A stretch of DNA of 62,946 nt from Methanobacteriota archaeon (GCA_005878615.1 VBLT01000120.1:1-62946); one strand, 5' to 3'; positions 36,156 through 45,982 are shown, numbered from the stretch's first letter. Notes: a model not told the origin generated them from the letters alone. Numbers and translations are program-made.

Positions 36156-36545
36156 TTGCTCCAGGATCCACTCAACGATGCGATGGCGACGATCCGCAAC
36201 GCCGAGTCGGCCGGCAAGACCGAGTGCGTCATCCGGCCGGCGTCGAAGCTGATCGGCCGCGTGCTCAAGGTGATGCAGGACTACGAGTACATTCGCTCGT
36301 TCGAACTCGTGGAGGACGGCCGCGGGAACCTGTACCGGGTCGGCCTCGTCGGGAGCATCAACAACTGCGGTGTGATCAAGCCGCGCTTCGCGGTCAAGCG
36401 CAAGGAGCTCGAGAAGTACGAGGCGCGGTACCTGCCCGCGCAGGATTTCGGGGTCCTCATCCTCACGACGACGGAAGGCGTCATCTCTCAGACGAAAGCG
36501 AAGGAGGTGGGCGTGGGCGGGAAACTCCTCGCCTACGTCTATTGA
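36156..36545 (+). CDS. rps8: 30S ribosomal protein S8 (uS8)
   Basis: [18 protein letters not shown]... [31 protein letters not shown] start as given by the track. Confidence 0.95.
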   Translation: MLQDPLNDAMATIRNAESAGKTECVIRPASKLIGRVLKVMQDYEYIRSFELVEDGRGNLYRVGLVGSINNCGVIKPRFAVKRKELEKYEARYLPAQDFGVLILTTTEGVISQTKAKEVGVGGKLLAYVY

Positions 36546-36553
36546 GGTGGGCG

Positions 36554-37099
36554 ATGCCGGTCGCAGGATTGAAGGAGGAATTGGTCGACATCCCCGCGGA
36601 CGTGCAGGTCCGCATGGAAGGCGACCTCGTGGTCGTCACCGGCAAGGGCCACTCGTTGCGTCGCGCGCTGTCCCATCCGCGCATCCGGATCCTCGTCGAC
36701 GGGAAACAGGCGAAGGTCCGCTGCGAATTCCCGCGGCGGCGGGAGGGCGCTCTCGTGGGGACGTTCGCGGCCCACCTCCGGAACATGATCGTCGGCGTGA
36801 CGCAGGGCTTCGAGTACGAGATGAAGATCGTGTACAGTCATTTCCCGGTCAAGGCGACCGTCAAGGGGTCCGAGTTCATCATCGAAAACTTCCTGGGGGA
36901 GAAGTTCCCGCGGAAGACGCGGATCGTCGGGGAGACGAAGGTCGAGGTGAAAGGCGACCAGGTGCTCCTCAGCGGCCCGGACGTCGAAGCGGTCGGTCAG
37001 ACCGCCGCGAACATCGAGCTGGCGACGCGGATCCGGGGCTTCGATCCGCGGATCTTCCAGGACGGCATCTACATCACGAAGAAGGCCGGGGAGGCATAG
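36554..37099 (+). CDS. rpl6: 50S ribosomal protein L6 (uL6)
   Basis: Internal ATG 36554. GVTQGFEYEMKIVYSHFPVKATVKG. Confidence 0.95.
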   Translation: MPVAGLKEELVDIPADVQVRMEGDLVVVTGKGHSLRRALSHPRIRILVDGKQAKVRCEFPRRREGALVGTFAAHLRNMIVGVTQGFEYEMKIVYSHFPVKATVKGSEFIIENFLGEKFPRKTRIVGETKVEVKGDQVLLSGPDVEAVGQTAANIELATRIRGFDPRIFQDGIYITKKAGEA

Positions 37100-37100
37100 G

Positions 37101-37880
37101 ATGGCCGAGGAAGAACCAAAACCGGCGAAGAAAGTCAAGAAGGCCACGCTCCCGGAGAAGCCGCCGGAGCCGCGAGGTCCCCTCCCGACGGCCGCCGAGG
37201 TCCGCGCCGCAAAGAAGGCGGAACTGGTCGCGTGGTCTGACAAGTACGAGCTGAGCACGGAAGGCAAGGTCGACGAGCTCCGAAAGCGCCTCCTCGCATT
37301 CCTCACAAAAGAGGAAGCGAAGGCGGCCCGCGAGGCGAAGAAGGCGGCCGAGCCGAAGGAGCCGGAAAAAGAGGAGAAGGCGGAGGAGAAGCCCGCGAAG
37401 GAGCCTGCCCTGCGGAAAAAGCCAAAGAAGGAGGAAAAAGAAGAGGAGGGAGAGAAGGAGCGCGTCCACGAGGCTCGGGCCAAGCCCAAGCTGGACGAAC
37501 GCCTTCGGAAGCTCCTCGATTTGCGCAGCGCGAAGAATGCGGTCCGCCCGAAGTTCCGGCGCCAGGAGTGGTTCCGGTACCGCATGTTCGGCGACGAGTG
37601 GCGGAAGCCGCAGGGCGGTCAGTCCAAGTTGCGACGCCACTTCGGATACCGCTGGAATGTCCCATCGATCGGCTACCGGGGCCCGAAGGCCGTCCGGGGT
37701 CTCCATCCGAGTGGCTTCCAAGAGATCCTCGTCCATAACGAGCGACAGCTCGAGGGACTCGATGCGACGAAACAGGCCGTCCGCATCGCTCACGGGGTCG
37801 GCACGCGGAAGCGGGAACTGATCGAGAAGGCCTGCGACGACAAGGGGCTGCGCATCCTCAACCGGATGGTGACCGAATGA
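37101..37880 (+). CDS. rpl32e: 50S ribosomal protein L32e (eL32) with long N-terminal SAP-like + K/E-rich extension
   Basis: The C-terminal core is RPKFRRQEWFRYRMFGDEWRKPQGGQSKLR. The N-terminal ELSTEGKVDELRKRLLAFL is SAP-like. Confidence 0.9.
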   Translation: MAEEEPKPAKKVKKATLPEKPPEPRGPLPTAAEVRAAKKAELVAWSDKYELSTEGKVDELRKRLLAFLTKEEAKAAREAKKAAEPKEPEKEEKAEEKPAKEPALRKKPKKEEKEEEGEKERVHEARAKPKLDERLRKLLDLRSAKNAVRPKFRRQEWFRYRMFGDEWRKPQGGQSKLRRHFGYRWNVPSIGYRGPKAVRGLHPSGFQEILVHNERQLEGLDATKQAVRIAHGVGTRKRELIEKACDDKGLRILNRMVTE

Positions 37881-38344
37881 GGTTTGACTACCAGCGTCGA
37901 CTCGCCGCCTCGATCCTCAAGGTCGGGTTGAACCGGGTGTACATCAGCCCGGACCCGAAGGAGCAAGAGAACATCCTCGACGCGATTACGCGCGATGGGG
38001 TCCGCGCGCTCATCCGCCGGAATGTGATCCAGAAGAGGGCCGTGCGCGGCGTCTCCCGCGGGCGGGCCCGCCACCGAGCGGCCCAGCGGGCGAAAGGCCG
38101 ACGCCGGGGGCATGGCTCCCGAGAAGGCGCGCTCAACGCGCGCACGCCGCGGAAGACGCGGTGGATCGGCCTCATCCGCTCCATGCGACGGCATCTCCGC
38201 GAGCTGAAGGCGCAGGGCCGGATCGACGTGCGGACGTATCGCCGGTTCTACGCCCAATCGAAGGGCGGCATGTTCAAATCGAAGGCCCACCTGGACCAGC
38301 AGTTGCGGGCCGCGGGCGTCCTGCGAGAAGGGGTGGCGAAATGA
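37877..38344 (+). CDS. rpl19e: 50S ribosomal protein L19e (eL19)
   Basis: QRRLAASILKVGLNRVYISPD... GHGSREGALNARTPRK. Confidence 0.95.
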   Translation: MRFDYQRRLAASILKVGLNRVYISPDPKEQENILDAITRDGVRALIRRNVIQKRAVRGVSRGRARHRAAQRAKGRRRGHGSREGALNARTPRKTRWIGLIRSMRRHLRELKAQGRIDVRTYRRFYAQSKGGMFKSKAHLDQQLRAAGVLREGVAK

Positions 38345-38841
38345 CACAGGGTCCTCACTATCGGGTGCCCTTCCGTCGTCGGCGGGAGGGCCGGACCGAT
38401 TACCGCGTACGATCGAAGCTCCTCCGGAGCGGGAAGCCTCGGGCGGTGGTCCGAAAGACCTTGCGGCAAACGATCGTGCAGTTGGTCGTCGCGGAGGACA
38501 CCGGAGACCGTGTGCTCGCGACCGCCCAGTCGCTCGAGCTCAAGGAGCATGGTTGGTCCGCGGGAACGGGGAATTTGCCCGCGGCCTATCTGACCGGCTA
38601 TCTCGCGGGCCGCCGGGCTTCCGCGCATGGCCTGAAGGAAGCGATCCTCGACATCGGCGGGCAGAGGCCCTCGCCCGGAGGCCGGCTATTTGCCGCCCTC
38701 CAGGGCCTCCTCGATTCCGGGGTCGCGGTCCCCCATAGCCCGGAGGTGTTGCCGGCGAAGGACCGCGTCCGCGGGACGCACATCAGGGCCGAATTGGGTG
38801 AGCTCTTCGACACTGTGAAGAAGAAACTGGAGGCTCCCTGA
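38341..38841 (+). CDS. rpl18: 50S ribosomal protein L18 (uL18)
   Basis: GPHYRVPFRRRREGRTDYRVR. ATGA overlap with the rpl19e stop. Confidence 0.95.
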   Translation: MTQGPHYRVPFRRRREGRTDYRVRSKLLRSGKPRAVVRKTLRQTIVQLVVAEDTGDRVLATAQSLELKEHGWSAGTGNLPAAYLTGYLAGRRASAHGLKEAILDIGGQRPSPGGRLFAALQGLLDSGVAVPHSPEVLPAKDRVRGTHIRAELGELFDTVKKKLEAP

Positions 38842-39689
38842 TGCCGCAGCGGAGGGGCGGCCGCCGCAGAGAAGCGCGGGCCGCCCGCCCGGAGCGGGAC
38901 CTCTCGGCCTGGGTGCCGAAGACGAAGCTGGGCCGCATCGTCCTCGCCGGGGAGATCACGAGTCTCGGGGACGCGATCAAGACCAGCCTGCCCATCCGAG
39001 AGCCCGAGATCGTTGACGTCCTCTTGCCGGAGACAGAGGACGAGGTCCTCGACGTGAACATGGTCCAGCGGATGACCGACTCCGGCCGCCGTGTGAACTT
39101 CGTCATCACGTGCATCGTCGGGAACAAGGATGGGTTCGCGGGCCTTGGCCGCGCGCGAGGCCGCGAGGTCGGACCTTCCATCCGAAGGGCGATCGATAAC
39201 GCGAAGTTGAACATGATCGAGATCAAGCGCGGCTGCGGCTCCTGGGAGTGCGGTTGTCAGCGCGCCCATTCGCTGCCGTTCCGCGTGACGGCCAGGAGCG
39301 GATCCGTCGTAGTGACGCTCAAGCCCGCACCGCAAGGCGTCGGCCTCGCGGTGGGGGACGTCGCCAAGAGCGTCCTCCGCCTCGCCGGCATCACCGACGC
39401 CTGGGGATTCACGAAAGGCCACACGAAGACCACGGTCAACTACGCGCTCGCCACCTTCGCGGCCCTCCGTCGCACCGCCGAACTCAAGGTCCGGGTCGAA
39501 CAGACCGAACGGTTGAAGATCAAGTCGGGAGCGGAGCAGGTGTTCATCCGCAAAGTCGCGGTGGCGCCCCCCGTCCCGGCGGTGGAAGGAGCGCCCCTCC
39601 CGGAGGAAGTCGAGGTCGAAGGCGAGGACCTCACAGAGGCGAAGGAGGGCGAGGACGTCGCGACCGAGGACACGGAGACTGAGAAATGA
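38841..39689 (+). CDS. rps5: 30S ribosomal protein S5 (uS5) with acidic C-terminal tail
   Basis: VNMVQRMTDSGRRVNFVITCIVGNKDGFAGLG... GVGLAVGDVAKSVLRLAGI. Confidence 0.95.
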   Translation: MPQRRGGRRREARAARPERDLSAWVPKTKLGRIVLAGEITSLGDAIKTSLPIREPEIVDVLLPETEDEVLDVNMVQRMTDSGRRVNFVITCIVGNKDGFAGLGRARGREVGPSIRRAIDNAKLNMIEIKRGCGSWECGCQRAHSLPFRVTARSGSVVVTLKPAPQGVGLAVGDVAKSVLRLAGITDAWGFTKGHTKTTVNYALATFAALRRTAELKVRVEQTERLKIKSGAEQVFIRKVAVAPPVPAVEGAPLPEEVEVEGEDLTEAKEGEDVATEDTETEK

Positions 39690-40174
39690 GTTTCGCCGTC
39701 CTGCGTCTCCGGGGCAAGGGCGATCTTCGCCGCGAGGTGAAGGACACGCTCCGGCTCCTGCATCTCACACGGCAGAACCACTGCGCGATCGTGCCGCAGG
39801 ATCCCACCTACCGCGGGATGCTCCAGCTCGTCAAGGACTACGTGACCTGGGGAGAGGTCGATCCCGAGGTCCTCGCAAAACTCCTGCTGAAACGCGGCCG
39901 ACAGGTGGGAGACCGGCCGATCGACGACGCTTTCGTGAAGTCCCACAGCGAATACAAATCCATCTGGGATCTCAGTCAAGCCCTCGTGAAAGGAGAGGCA
40001 CGTGTCGCGGACGTCCGCGACTTGCGTCCGGTGATCCGACTGCCGCCCCCTCGGAAGGGCTACCGCGGGATCAAGCGCGGATACCACGACGGCGGGGACC
40101 TCGGGTACCGGGGAAAAGCGATCAACCCGCTCCTCGTGAGGATGGTCGTGGAGGAGACGACGGATGGTCAGTAG
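39686..40174 (+). CDS. rpl30: 50S ribosomal protein L30 (uL30)
   Basis: FAVLRLRGKGDLRREVKDTLRLLHLTRQNHCAIV. Confidence 0.95.
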   Translation: MSFAVLRLRGKGDLRREVKDTLRLLHLTRQNHCAIVPQDPTYRGMLQLVKDYVTWGEVDPEVLAKLLLKRGRQVGDRPIDDAFVKSHSEYKSIWDLSQALVKGEARVADVRDLRPVIRLPPPRKGYRGIKRGYHDGGDLGYRGKAINPLLVRMVVEETTDGQ

Positions 40175-40601
40175 GACGCGCAAGCTTCGAGGGAGCCGCA
40201 CGCACGGCCGCGGCAAGAAGCATGGCCGAGGCGCGGGAGGCCGTGGCGGCACCGGGAACGCGGGGCTCCACAAACACAAGTTCAAGTCGATGATCAAGTA
40301 CGATCCGGAACACTTCGGTCGACACGGCTTCACCCGCCACGCTCAGATGCACCCCGTCACGGCGATCGACCTCGAGGACCTCGCTCGTCGGCTTGCCGAG
40401 TTCGAGGCCGCCGGGCACGCGACCAAGGACAACTCTCGAATCCACGTCGACCTGACCGCGGCCGGAATCGACAAACTATTAGGGTCGGGCCGGGTAGCCG
40501 TGGCAATGCGCATCACGGTGGCGAAGGCCTCCGAGGCCGCCCTCGCGAAAGTCGCAGACGCCGGCGGGGAGGTCGTGCTCCCGGCCGCCGCCGGGAAGTG
40601 A
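40164..40601 (+). CDS. rpl15: 50S ribosomal protein L15 (uL15)
   Basis: RKLRGSRTHGRGKKHGRGAGGRGGTGNAG. Confidence 0.95.
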   Translation: MVSRTRKLRGSRTHGRGKKHGRGAGGRGGTGNAGLHKHKFKSMIKYDPEHFGRHGFTRHAQMHPVTAIDLEDLARRLAEFEAAGHATKDNSRIHVDLTAAGIDKLLGSGRVAVAMRITVAKASEAALAKVADAGGEVVLPAAAGK

Positions 40602-40604
40602 GCG

Positions 40605-42209
40605 ATGCCCCTCGAGGAACAGAAGAAAAGTCGCCTCTACGCGCTCAAGCCGTTGACGGATCGACTGCCCGCGGTGAGCCGGCCCGAGGGCCACGTGCAG
40701 TTCCGCACGAAGATGTTCTGGGTCCTGGCCATCCTCGTCCTGTACTTCGCCATGACGAACGTCTTCATCTACGGCCTCGACCGGACGAACGTCATCGACT
40801 TCTTCTCGAGCCTCCGCGCGATCCTGGCCGGTGCCCAAGGCTCGCTGATGCACCTCGGCATCGGGCCGATCGTCACGGCCTCGATCATCATGCAGCTCTT
40901 CGCGGGCGCGAAGATCATCAACCTCAACCTCCAGGACGACGAGGACAAGAGCGTCTACCAGGGCACGCAGAAGTTCCTCGTCATCGTCATGATCTTCGTC
41001 GAGGCTGTCCCGCAGGTGTTCGGGTTCCTGACGCCCGCGAGCGGGTTCGTGAGCTCGCTGAACGGATCCCTGTTCTTCGGCCTCATCGCCGGGGGACACG
41101 GGGACCTGCTCGCGAAGATCCTGATCATCCTCCAACTGTTCGGCGGCTCCTACCTCGTGTTCCTGATGGACGAGGTCGTCTCCAAGTGGGGGATCGGGTC
41201 GGGCATCTCCCTGTTCATCGCGGGCGGCGTGGCGCAGCAGATCTTCACCGGCACGTTCAACTGGGAACCGTCCCGGGCGGGGAGCGTCGTCCCGGCGGGC
41301 GCGATCCCGAAGACGATCTACTACCTGCAACACCTGCCCGCGAGCTCCCTGGCCCAGGGCGGGATCGAGCAGATCATGGTTCAACCGCCGAACCCGCTGA
41401 TCGCGTTGATCGGGACGATCGTGATTTTCTTCATCGTGGCCTACGTCGAATCGACGCGAATCGAGCTTCCCCTCGCCCACGGTCAGGCCCGCGGCGCCCG
41501 CGGTCGCTATCCGATCCGCCTGATGTACGCGTCGAACATCCCGGTCATCCTCGTCGCGGCGGTCCTCGCGAACGTCAGCATGTTTTCCCTCCTATTCTGG
41601 CAACATCCGGAATGGCCGATCCTCGGCCACGCGAGTTGGATCGGCGCGTATCCGGACGCGACCGACCCGCGGGTGGTCTCGGGACAGATCCAGAGGACGA
41701 CACCCATCGGAGGACTCGCATATTACTTCTCGAACGTGAACGGGGTGCAGGACTGGCTCCTCCCCCTGTTCAATCCGACCTCGTACGGGGTCTACCTGCG
41801 GGGCCTGGAGTACTGGCAGGTGTTCGTGCATATCCTCGTGTTCCTGCTCGTCTTCATCGGCGGTTCCGTCATGTTCGCGAAATTTTGGATCATGACGACG
41901 AACATGGGCCCCGAAGACGTGGCGCGACAGATCGAGTCGAGCGGCATGCAAATCCCCGGGTTCCGGCGGGATCCGCGGATCCTGCGGCGCGTGCTCGACC
42001 GATACATCCCGGTCGTGGCGGTGATTTCTGGAGCCTCGGTGGGCGCCCTCGCGGCGGGCGCCGACATGATTGGGACGGTGGGGAACGCCTCCGGCACCGG
42101 CGTCCTGCTTTCGGTCGGCATCATGATACAGATGTACGAAGCGATCGGCCGGGAGCAGATGATGGAGATGCATCCGCTCCTTCGACAGTTCTTCGGCGCC
42201 AACGAATGA
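40605..42209 (+). CDS. secY: preprotein translocase subunit SecY
   Basis: Conserved position after rpl15. Ten TM pattern. GIGPIVTASIIMQLFAG. Confidence 0.95.
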   Translation: MPLEEQKKSRLYALKPLTDRLPAVSRPEGHVQFRTKMFWVLAILVLYFAMTNVFIYGLDRTNVIDFFSSLRAILAGAQGSLMHLGIGPIVTASIIMQLFAGAKIINLNLQDDEDKSVYQGTQKFLVIVMIFVEAVPQVFGFLTPASGFVSSLNGSLFFGLIAGGHGDLLAKILIILQLFGGSYLVFLMDEVVSKWGIGSGISLFIAGGVAQQIFTGTFNWEPSRAGSVVPAGAIPKTIYYLQHLPASSLAQGGIEQIMVQPPNPLIALIGTIVIFFIVAYVESTRIELPLAHGQARGARGRYPIRLMYASNIPVILVAAVLANVSMFSLLFWQHPEWPILGHASWIGAYPDATDPRVVSGQIQRTTPIGGLAYYFSNVNGVQDWLLPLFNPTSYGVYLRGLEYWQVFVHILVFLLVFIGGSVMFAKFWIMTTNMGPEDVARQIESSGMQIPGFRRDPRILRRVLDRYIPVVAVISGASVGALAAGADMIGTVGNASGTGVLLSVGIMIQMYEAIGREQMMEMHPLLRQFFGANE

Positions 42210-42216
42210 CGATCGC

Positions 42217-42798
42217 CTAGGTGAGGCCCGGCGGCGGCCTCGCTTCCGGCAAGGGAGCCGCATGCGCGGTTGCCACGGAGGGACGGCTGCGCCATCGGAC
42301 CCAGCGTTGGACGCCCCACGATCCGATTGAAAGCCCCACGCCGAGCATCGCTAGTCCCGAGCCGAACGTGGTCGGGTTGATCCCGCTCAGGTGCACGGTG
42401 AGCCGGACGACCTGCGCGGTCTGCTCATACGAGGTCCCGTGGTCCGCGACCAGGAAATACCGCCCCGTTCCGGGGAGCGATACGTCGATCGTGCCGCCCC
42501 GCGAACTCCCGAGGGACCACAAGCTCCCGAAGTTCGCCCCGGTGCGGTAGTAATCGTACTGCTCCTGCGTCATGACGAAGAGATCCAGCGAACCGCCGGA
42601 GATTTCCTGGTAATCTCCCCGAAGACTGCCGGATCCGAGGATGTTGACCTCGTAGTACATGTAGTACCGGAAGCCGGCGGGGATGGACGTCGTCGAAGAC
42701 GAGGAAGAACCGAGGGACGAGAAGACGAGCGAGACCCCGGTGAGGGCGAGGACGCCGCCGACGATCAACAGTATTCGGAAGACTCTCACAAAAGCCAT
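42217..42798 (-). CDS. hypothetical bitopic membrane protein (N- and C-terminal TM helices flanking a beta-rich domain)
   Basis: 193-aa ORF. Signal-anchor MAFVRVFRILLIVGGVLALTGV. The central region is SLDLFVMTQEQYDYY...RYFLVADHG. Confidence 0.5.
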   Translation of the reverse strand: MAFVRVFRILLIVGGVLALTGVSLVFSSLGSSSSSTTSIPAGFRYYMYYEVNILGSGSLRGDYQEISGGSLDLFVMTQEQYDYYRTGANFGSLWSLGSSRGGTIDVSLPGTGRYFLVADHGTSYEQTAQVVRLTVHLSGINPTTFGSGLAMLGVGLSIGSWGVQRWVRWRSRPSVATAHAAPLPEARPPPGLT

Positions 42799-42942
42799 GT
42801 CGTTTTAGACCAGGCTCGCCCCTCGAGCGTACGCCGACCCGTCGCTCGCGGTCTCCCCCACGGCCGAACCCCTCACAGAGGGAATCGGGCGGAAGGGCCT
42901 TAACGCTTTGCGCCGGTCACAATCCTGAGAACACGACCGCGG

Positions 42943-43467
42943 CTACTTCGACGGCGTTCGGAGGGTCAGCTCCTCCGACTGGCTGTCGTACCGCAGCAGC
43001 TCGACGTAGCGGCCCCAGTAGACCATGGCCTTGAACAGATCCGCGGCCCGATGGCTTCCGACGTGCGCCGAGAGCGCCTCGATGATCTCCTTCCGGGTCA
43101 GGGGCCGGCCCGCCTTTCGCGCCATGTCCGTGATCATCCGGAAATCGGGGATGTCGTCGATGATCTCCCGCAGGATCGCCTTTCGCTCGCGGACGTTCGC
43201 GCTCAGGAGCTTGCGGCTCAGGTCGGTCATCCGCACGTCGCCTTCGTGGACGGTCATGAGGCCGAGGAACTCGGCGGCATCGAGGATGGGTCCCAGACGG
43301 TCCACGTCCATCTCGACTTCCTGGGAGATCGTCGCGACGTCGGCCACGCCCCCGACCTCATCGATCGCCTCGACCAAGCCGAGGATCTGGCCTACGGACA
43401 CCTTGGCGAAGGGATGAAAGTCGGTCAGCATGCCCGGTCGCCCATCGTCATTGCCGCTATTAGACAC
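42943..43467 (-). CDS. stand-alone AAA-associated (ABC ATPase C-terminal-type) domain protein
   Basis: VSVGQILGLVEAIDEVGG...DVDRLGPILDAAEFLGLMTVHEGDVRMTDLSRKLL resembles the domain usually fused to NitT/TauT ATPases. GTG 43467 is preceded by GGAGGAGG; ATG 43431 is the alternative start. Confidence 0.65.
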   Translation of the reverse strand: MSNSGNDDGRPGMLTDFHPFAKVSVGQILGLVEAIDEVGGVADVATISQEVEMDVDRLGPILDAAEFLGLMTVHEGDVRMTDLSRKLLSANVRERKAILREIIDDIPDFRMITDMARKAGRPLTRKEIIEALSAHVGSHRAADLFKAMVYWGRYVELLRYDSQSEELTLRTPSK

Positions 43468-43481
43468 TTGACCTCCTCCAA

Positions 43482-44222
43482 TCACACGATGAGCGAGTAG
43501 ATTTCGTCGACCCAGCCGTAGAATTCCGGCTCCTTCCGATTCCGGGGTCGCGGCAGGTCGATTTCCAGCTCGGCGATCATGCGGCCCGGTCGACTCGAGA
43601 GGACGATCACGCGGTCCGCCATGTAGACGGCTTCTTCGATCGCATGGGTCACCATCAGGACCGCCTTCGGGGGGAGGTCCGGATTCGTCCACAACTGCAG
43701 GATTTCGTCACGCAGGTTCTGGGCGGTGAGCGGGTCGAGGGACGAGAAAGGCTCGTCCATGCACAGCAGCAGCGGCTCGATCGCGAGGGCCCGCGCGATG
43801 CCGACCCGCTGCTTCATGCCGCCGCTGAGCTCGCGCGGGAAGGCGTCCTCGAACCCGGTCAGGCCGACCGCGTCGATGAACTTCCGGGCGATCTTCCGTC
43901 GTTCCTCCAGAGGCGTCCCCTTGGCCTCGAGGCCGAGCTCGACGTTCTGCTCGACGCTCAACCAGGGGAACAAGGCGAAGGACTGGAACACCATCGCGAC
44001 CTGCGGGTTGTCCGCCCGGATCGGCTCACCCTCGAAGAGGACCTCGCCTGCGGTCGGCTTCTCGAGGCCCACGATGATCCGCAGCAAAGTCGACTTGCCA
44101 CTGCCGGAGGGCCCGACGACGCAGACGAAGTCGCGTTCCGAAAGGTCGAATCGGACCAGGTCGAGGACCTTGAACTCCTTGCCGTTCTCGAAGAACGACT
44201 TCGCGACGTCCTTGACTTGCAA
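43482..44222 (-). CDS. ABC transporter ATP-binding protein (NitT/TauT family)
   Basis: Walker A GPSGSGKST, signature LSGGMKQRV, Walker B LLCMDEPFS. Confidence 0.9.
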   Translation of the reverse strand: MQVKDVAKSFFENGKEFKVLDLVRFDLSERDFVCVVGPSGSGKSTLLRIIVGLEKPTAGEVLFEGEPIRADNPQVAMVFQSFALFPWLSVEQNVELGLEAKGTPLEERRKIARKFIDAVGLTGFEDAFPRELSGGMKQRVGIARALAIEPLLLCMDEPFSSLDPLTAQNLRDEILQLWTNPDLPPKAVLMVTHAIEEAVYMADRVIVLSSRPGRMIAELEIDLPRPRNRKEPEFYGWVDEIYSLIV

Positions 44223-44243
44223 CAGCGGGCGGTCGACCAGGCT

Positions 44244-45947
44244 TCACACCTCGAGTCGGAAGCGGGTGCTCGCCCGGCGAAACAGGGGGCGCCACAGGAG
44301 CTTGTTCATCGCCAGGACGACGACGATCATCGTCAGGATTGTCAGGAGCAGCATCTCGTTGTCCGGCGTCGGATAGACCGCGTGGTTCAGGAGGGACCCG
44401 AGGCCCGGGACCTCGTAGAACTGGTGGGCGTACTGGATGTACTCCGACACGATGAGCGCGTTCCATCCGGCCCCCCAGGCCGTGATGCTCCCCGTGAGGA
44501 GGGACGGCGCGATCGCGGGCAGCAACAGCCGCTTCCAATAGGCCCGGCCGCGGAGGCCGAACGATCGGGCTGCCTCCTTCAGGTCGTCCGGGATGCTGCG
44601 GACCCCGGCGATGAGGTTGAACAGGAGGTACCACTGCATGCTGAAGAGGGCGATCAGGATCGCCGCGAGCTGGCCCGCGGCCCCGACCGACGGCGCGATG
44701 AGGAGCGCGAAGCCGACGATGACGGGAAGCAGCGCGGTCGCCGGGAGGGATGCGAACAGTTCGAGGGCCGGCGTCAGGTATCGAGCAGCCTTCTCGCTTT
44801 CGCCGAGCATCGCGGCGACGGGGATCGTCCACACCAACGCGATCGCATAGGCGACCAAGAGCCTCGAGAACGAGAGCACGGCGGCGCTCGGGAGGACGGA
44901 TGCGTTCGGCGGGAGCGGCCGGAGGAACATCTGCACCAATCCGACCAATCCCGTCGCGACCACGACGACGAAGACGATGGCGAACAACGCGAGGTCCACC
45001 CGCCGGATCTCGCGGAGCGCCTTCGGGTGTCGCGAGTAGGCGCGCTCGAAGCGCATGGAGAGGCGATGGTATCGCTCCACGGCCGGCTGCACGCGGGCGA
45101 TGATGCGCTTGCGGACCTTCGGCAGCCGCGGGAGCCAACGGAACCGCTCGTAGGGACTCGGGACCCGCGGGATCTCGCGGCCCGGGGCCGTCTCCATCCG
45201 AAAGCGCTCGGACCACGCTCCCAGGGGCCGCCACACGAAGATGTCGAGGGTCAGCACGACTGCCGCAAGCACCCCGATTCCGATCGCGATCGACGGGACG
45301 TCGCCGTTCCGGCCCGCGACCGCGATGAACGCTCCGAGGCCCGGCCGCTGGAACTCCGTCCCGCCCGCGGAGAAGATCTCGCTCGCGACGAGAAAGAACC
45401 AACCGTTCGTCCACGAGAGGATGGAGTTGTAGACGAGCTTCGGGATCGCCGCCGGGAATGCGAGGTACCGGAATCGGAGCCAGCCCCTCAGGCCGAAGCT
45501 CGCGGCGGCCGCCTCGAGGTCCGCCGGGATCGTGGTCAGGGATTCGTACACGCCGAACGCCATGTTCCACGCCATGCTCGTGAAGATCAGGAACACGACC
45601 GCGAACTCGATTCCGATCGGATGGCCGTGGAAGGTCGCGACGAAGAAGATCAAGGCCGCGGGGAAGAAACCCAGGATCGGAATGGACTGGAGCACATCGA
45701 GGAGCGGGAGCAGCGCCGCCGAGGCGCGTTTGTTCGTCGCCGCCGTGTGACCGTAGGCGATGGCGAAGACCAGGGCGAACAGGTAGGCGATCACCATCCG
45801 CGTCGTGGAAAAGAACGCGAACAACGGGAGTTGAATCGCGTTCCAGGCCGCCTGGGGGAAGGCGATCGCCGTGACGATGCCGGCAAGAATCAGGACGACG
45901 GCGACGAGGCGGAGCCACCGCCGCAGGCCGCGCACAATCGCCCGCAA
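44244..45947 (-). CDS. ABC transporter permease, duplicated (two fused NitT/TauT-type permease domains)
   Basis: 567 aa with ~12 TM segments. The ASFGLRGWL / ARSFGLRGRAYW EAA-like loops occur twice. Confidence 0.85.
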   Translation of the reverse strand: MRAIVRGLRRWLRLVAVVLILAGIVTAIAFPQAAWNAIQLPLFAFFSTTRMVIAYLFALVFAIAYGHTAATNKRASAALLPLLDVLQSIPILGFFPAALIFFVATFHGHPIGIEFAVVFLIFTSMAWNMAFGVYESLTTIPADLEAAAASFGLRGWLRFRYLAFPAAIPKLVYNSILSWTNGWFFLVASEIFSAGGTEFQRPGLGAFIAVAGRNGDVPSIAIGIGVLAAVVLTLDIFVWRPLGAWSERFRMETAPGREIPRVPSPYERFRWLPRLPKVRKRIIARVQPAVERYHRLSMRFERAYSRHPKALREIRRVDLALFAIVFVVVVATGLVGLVQMFLRPLPPNASVLPSAAVLSFSRLLVAYAIALVWTIPVAAMLGESEKAARYLTPALELFASLPATALLPVIVGFALLIAPSVGAAGQLAAILIALFSMQWYLLFNLIAGVRSIPDDLKEAARSFGLRGRAYWKRLLLPAIAPSLLTGSITAWGAGWNALIVSEYIQYAHQFYEVPGLGSLLNHAVYPTPDNEMLLLTILTMIVVVLAMNKLLWRPLFRRASTRFRLEV

Positions 45948-45982
45948 AGGGCGGACCCTATTTACGGGTTCTCGCGAGGCCC

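Noticed and set aside
40605-42209. SecY is 534 aa and seems to carry an insertion (around ...WIGAYPDATDPRVVSGQIQRTTPIGGLAYYFSNVNG...).
   Set aside because: Archaeal SecY length varies, and I cannot judge the novelty of the loop without an alignment. This is noted only.
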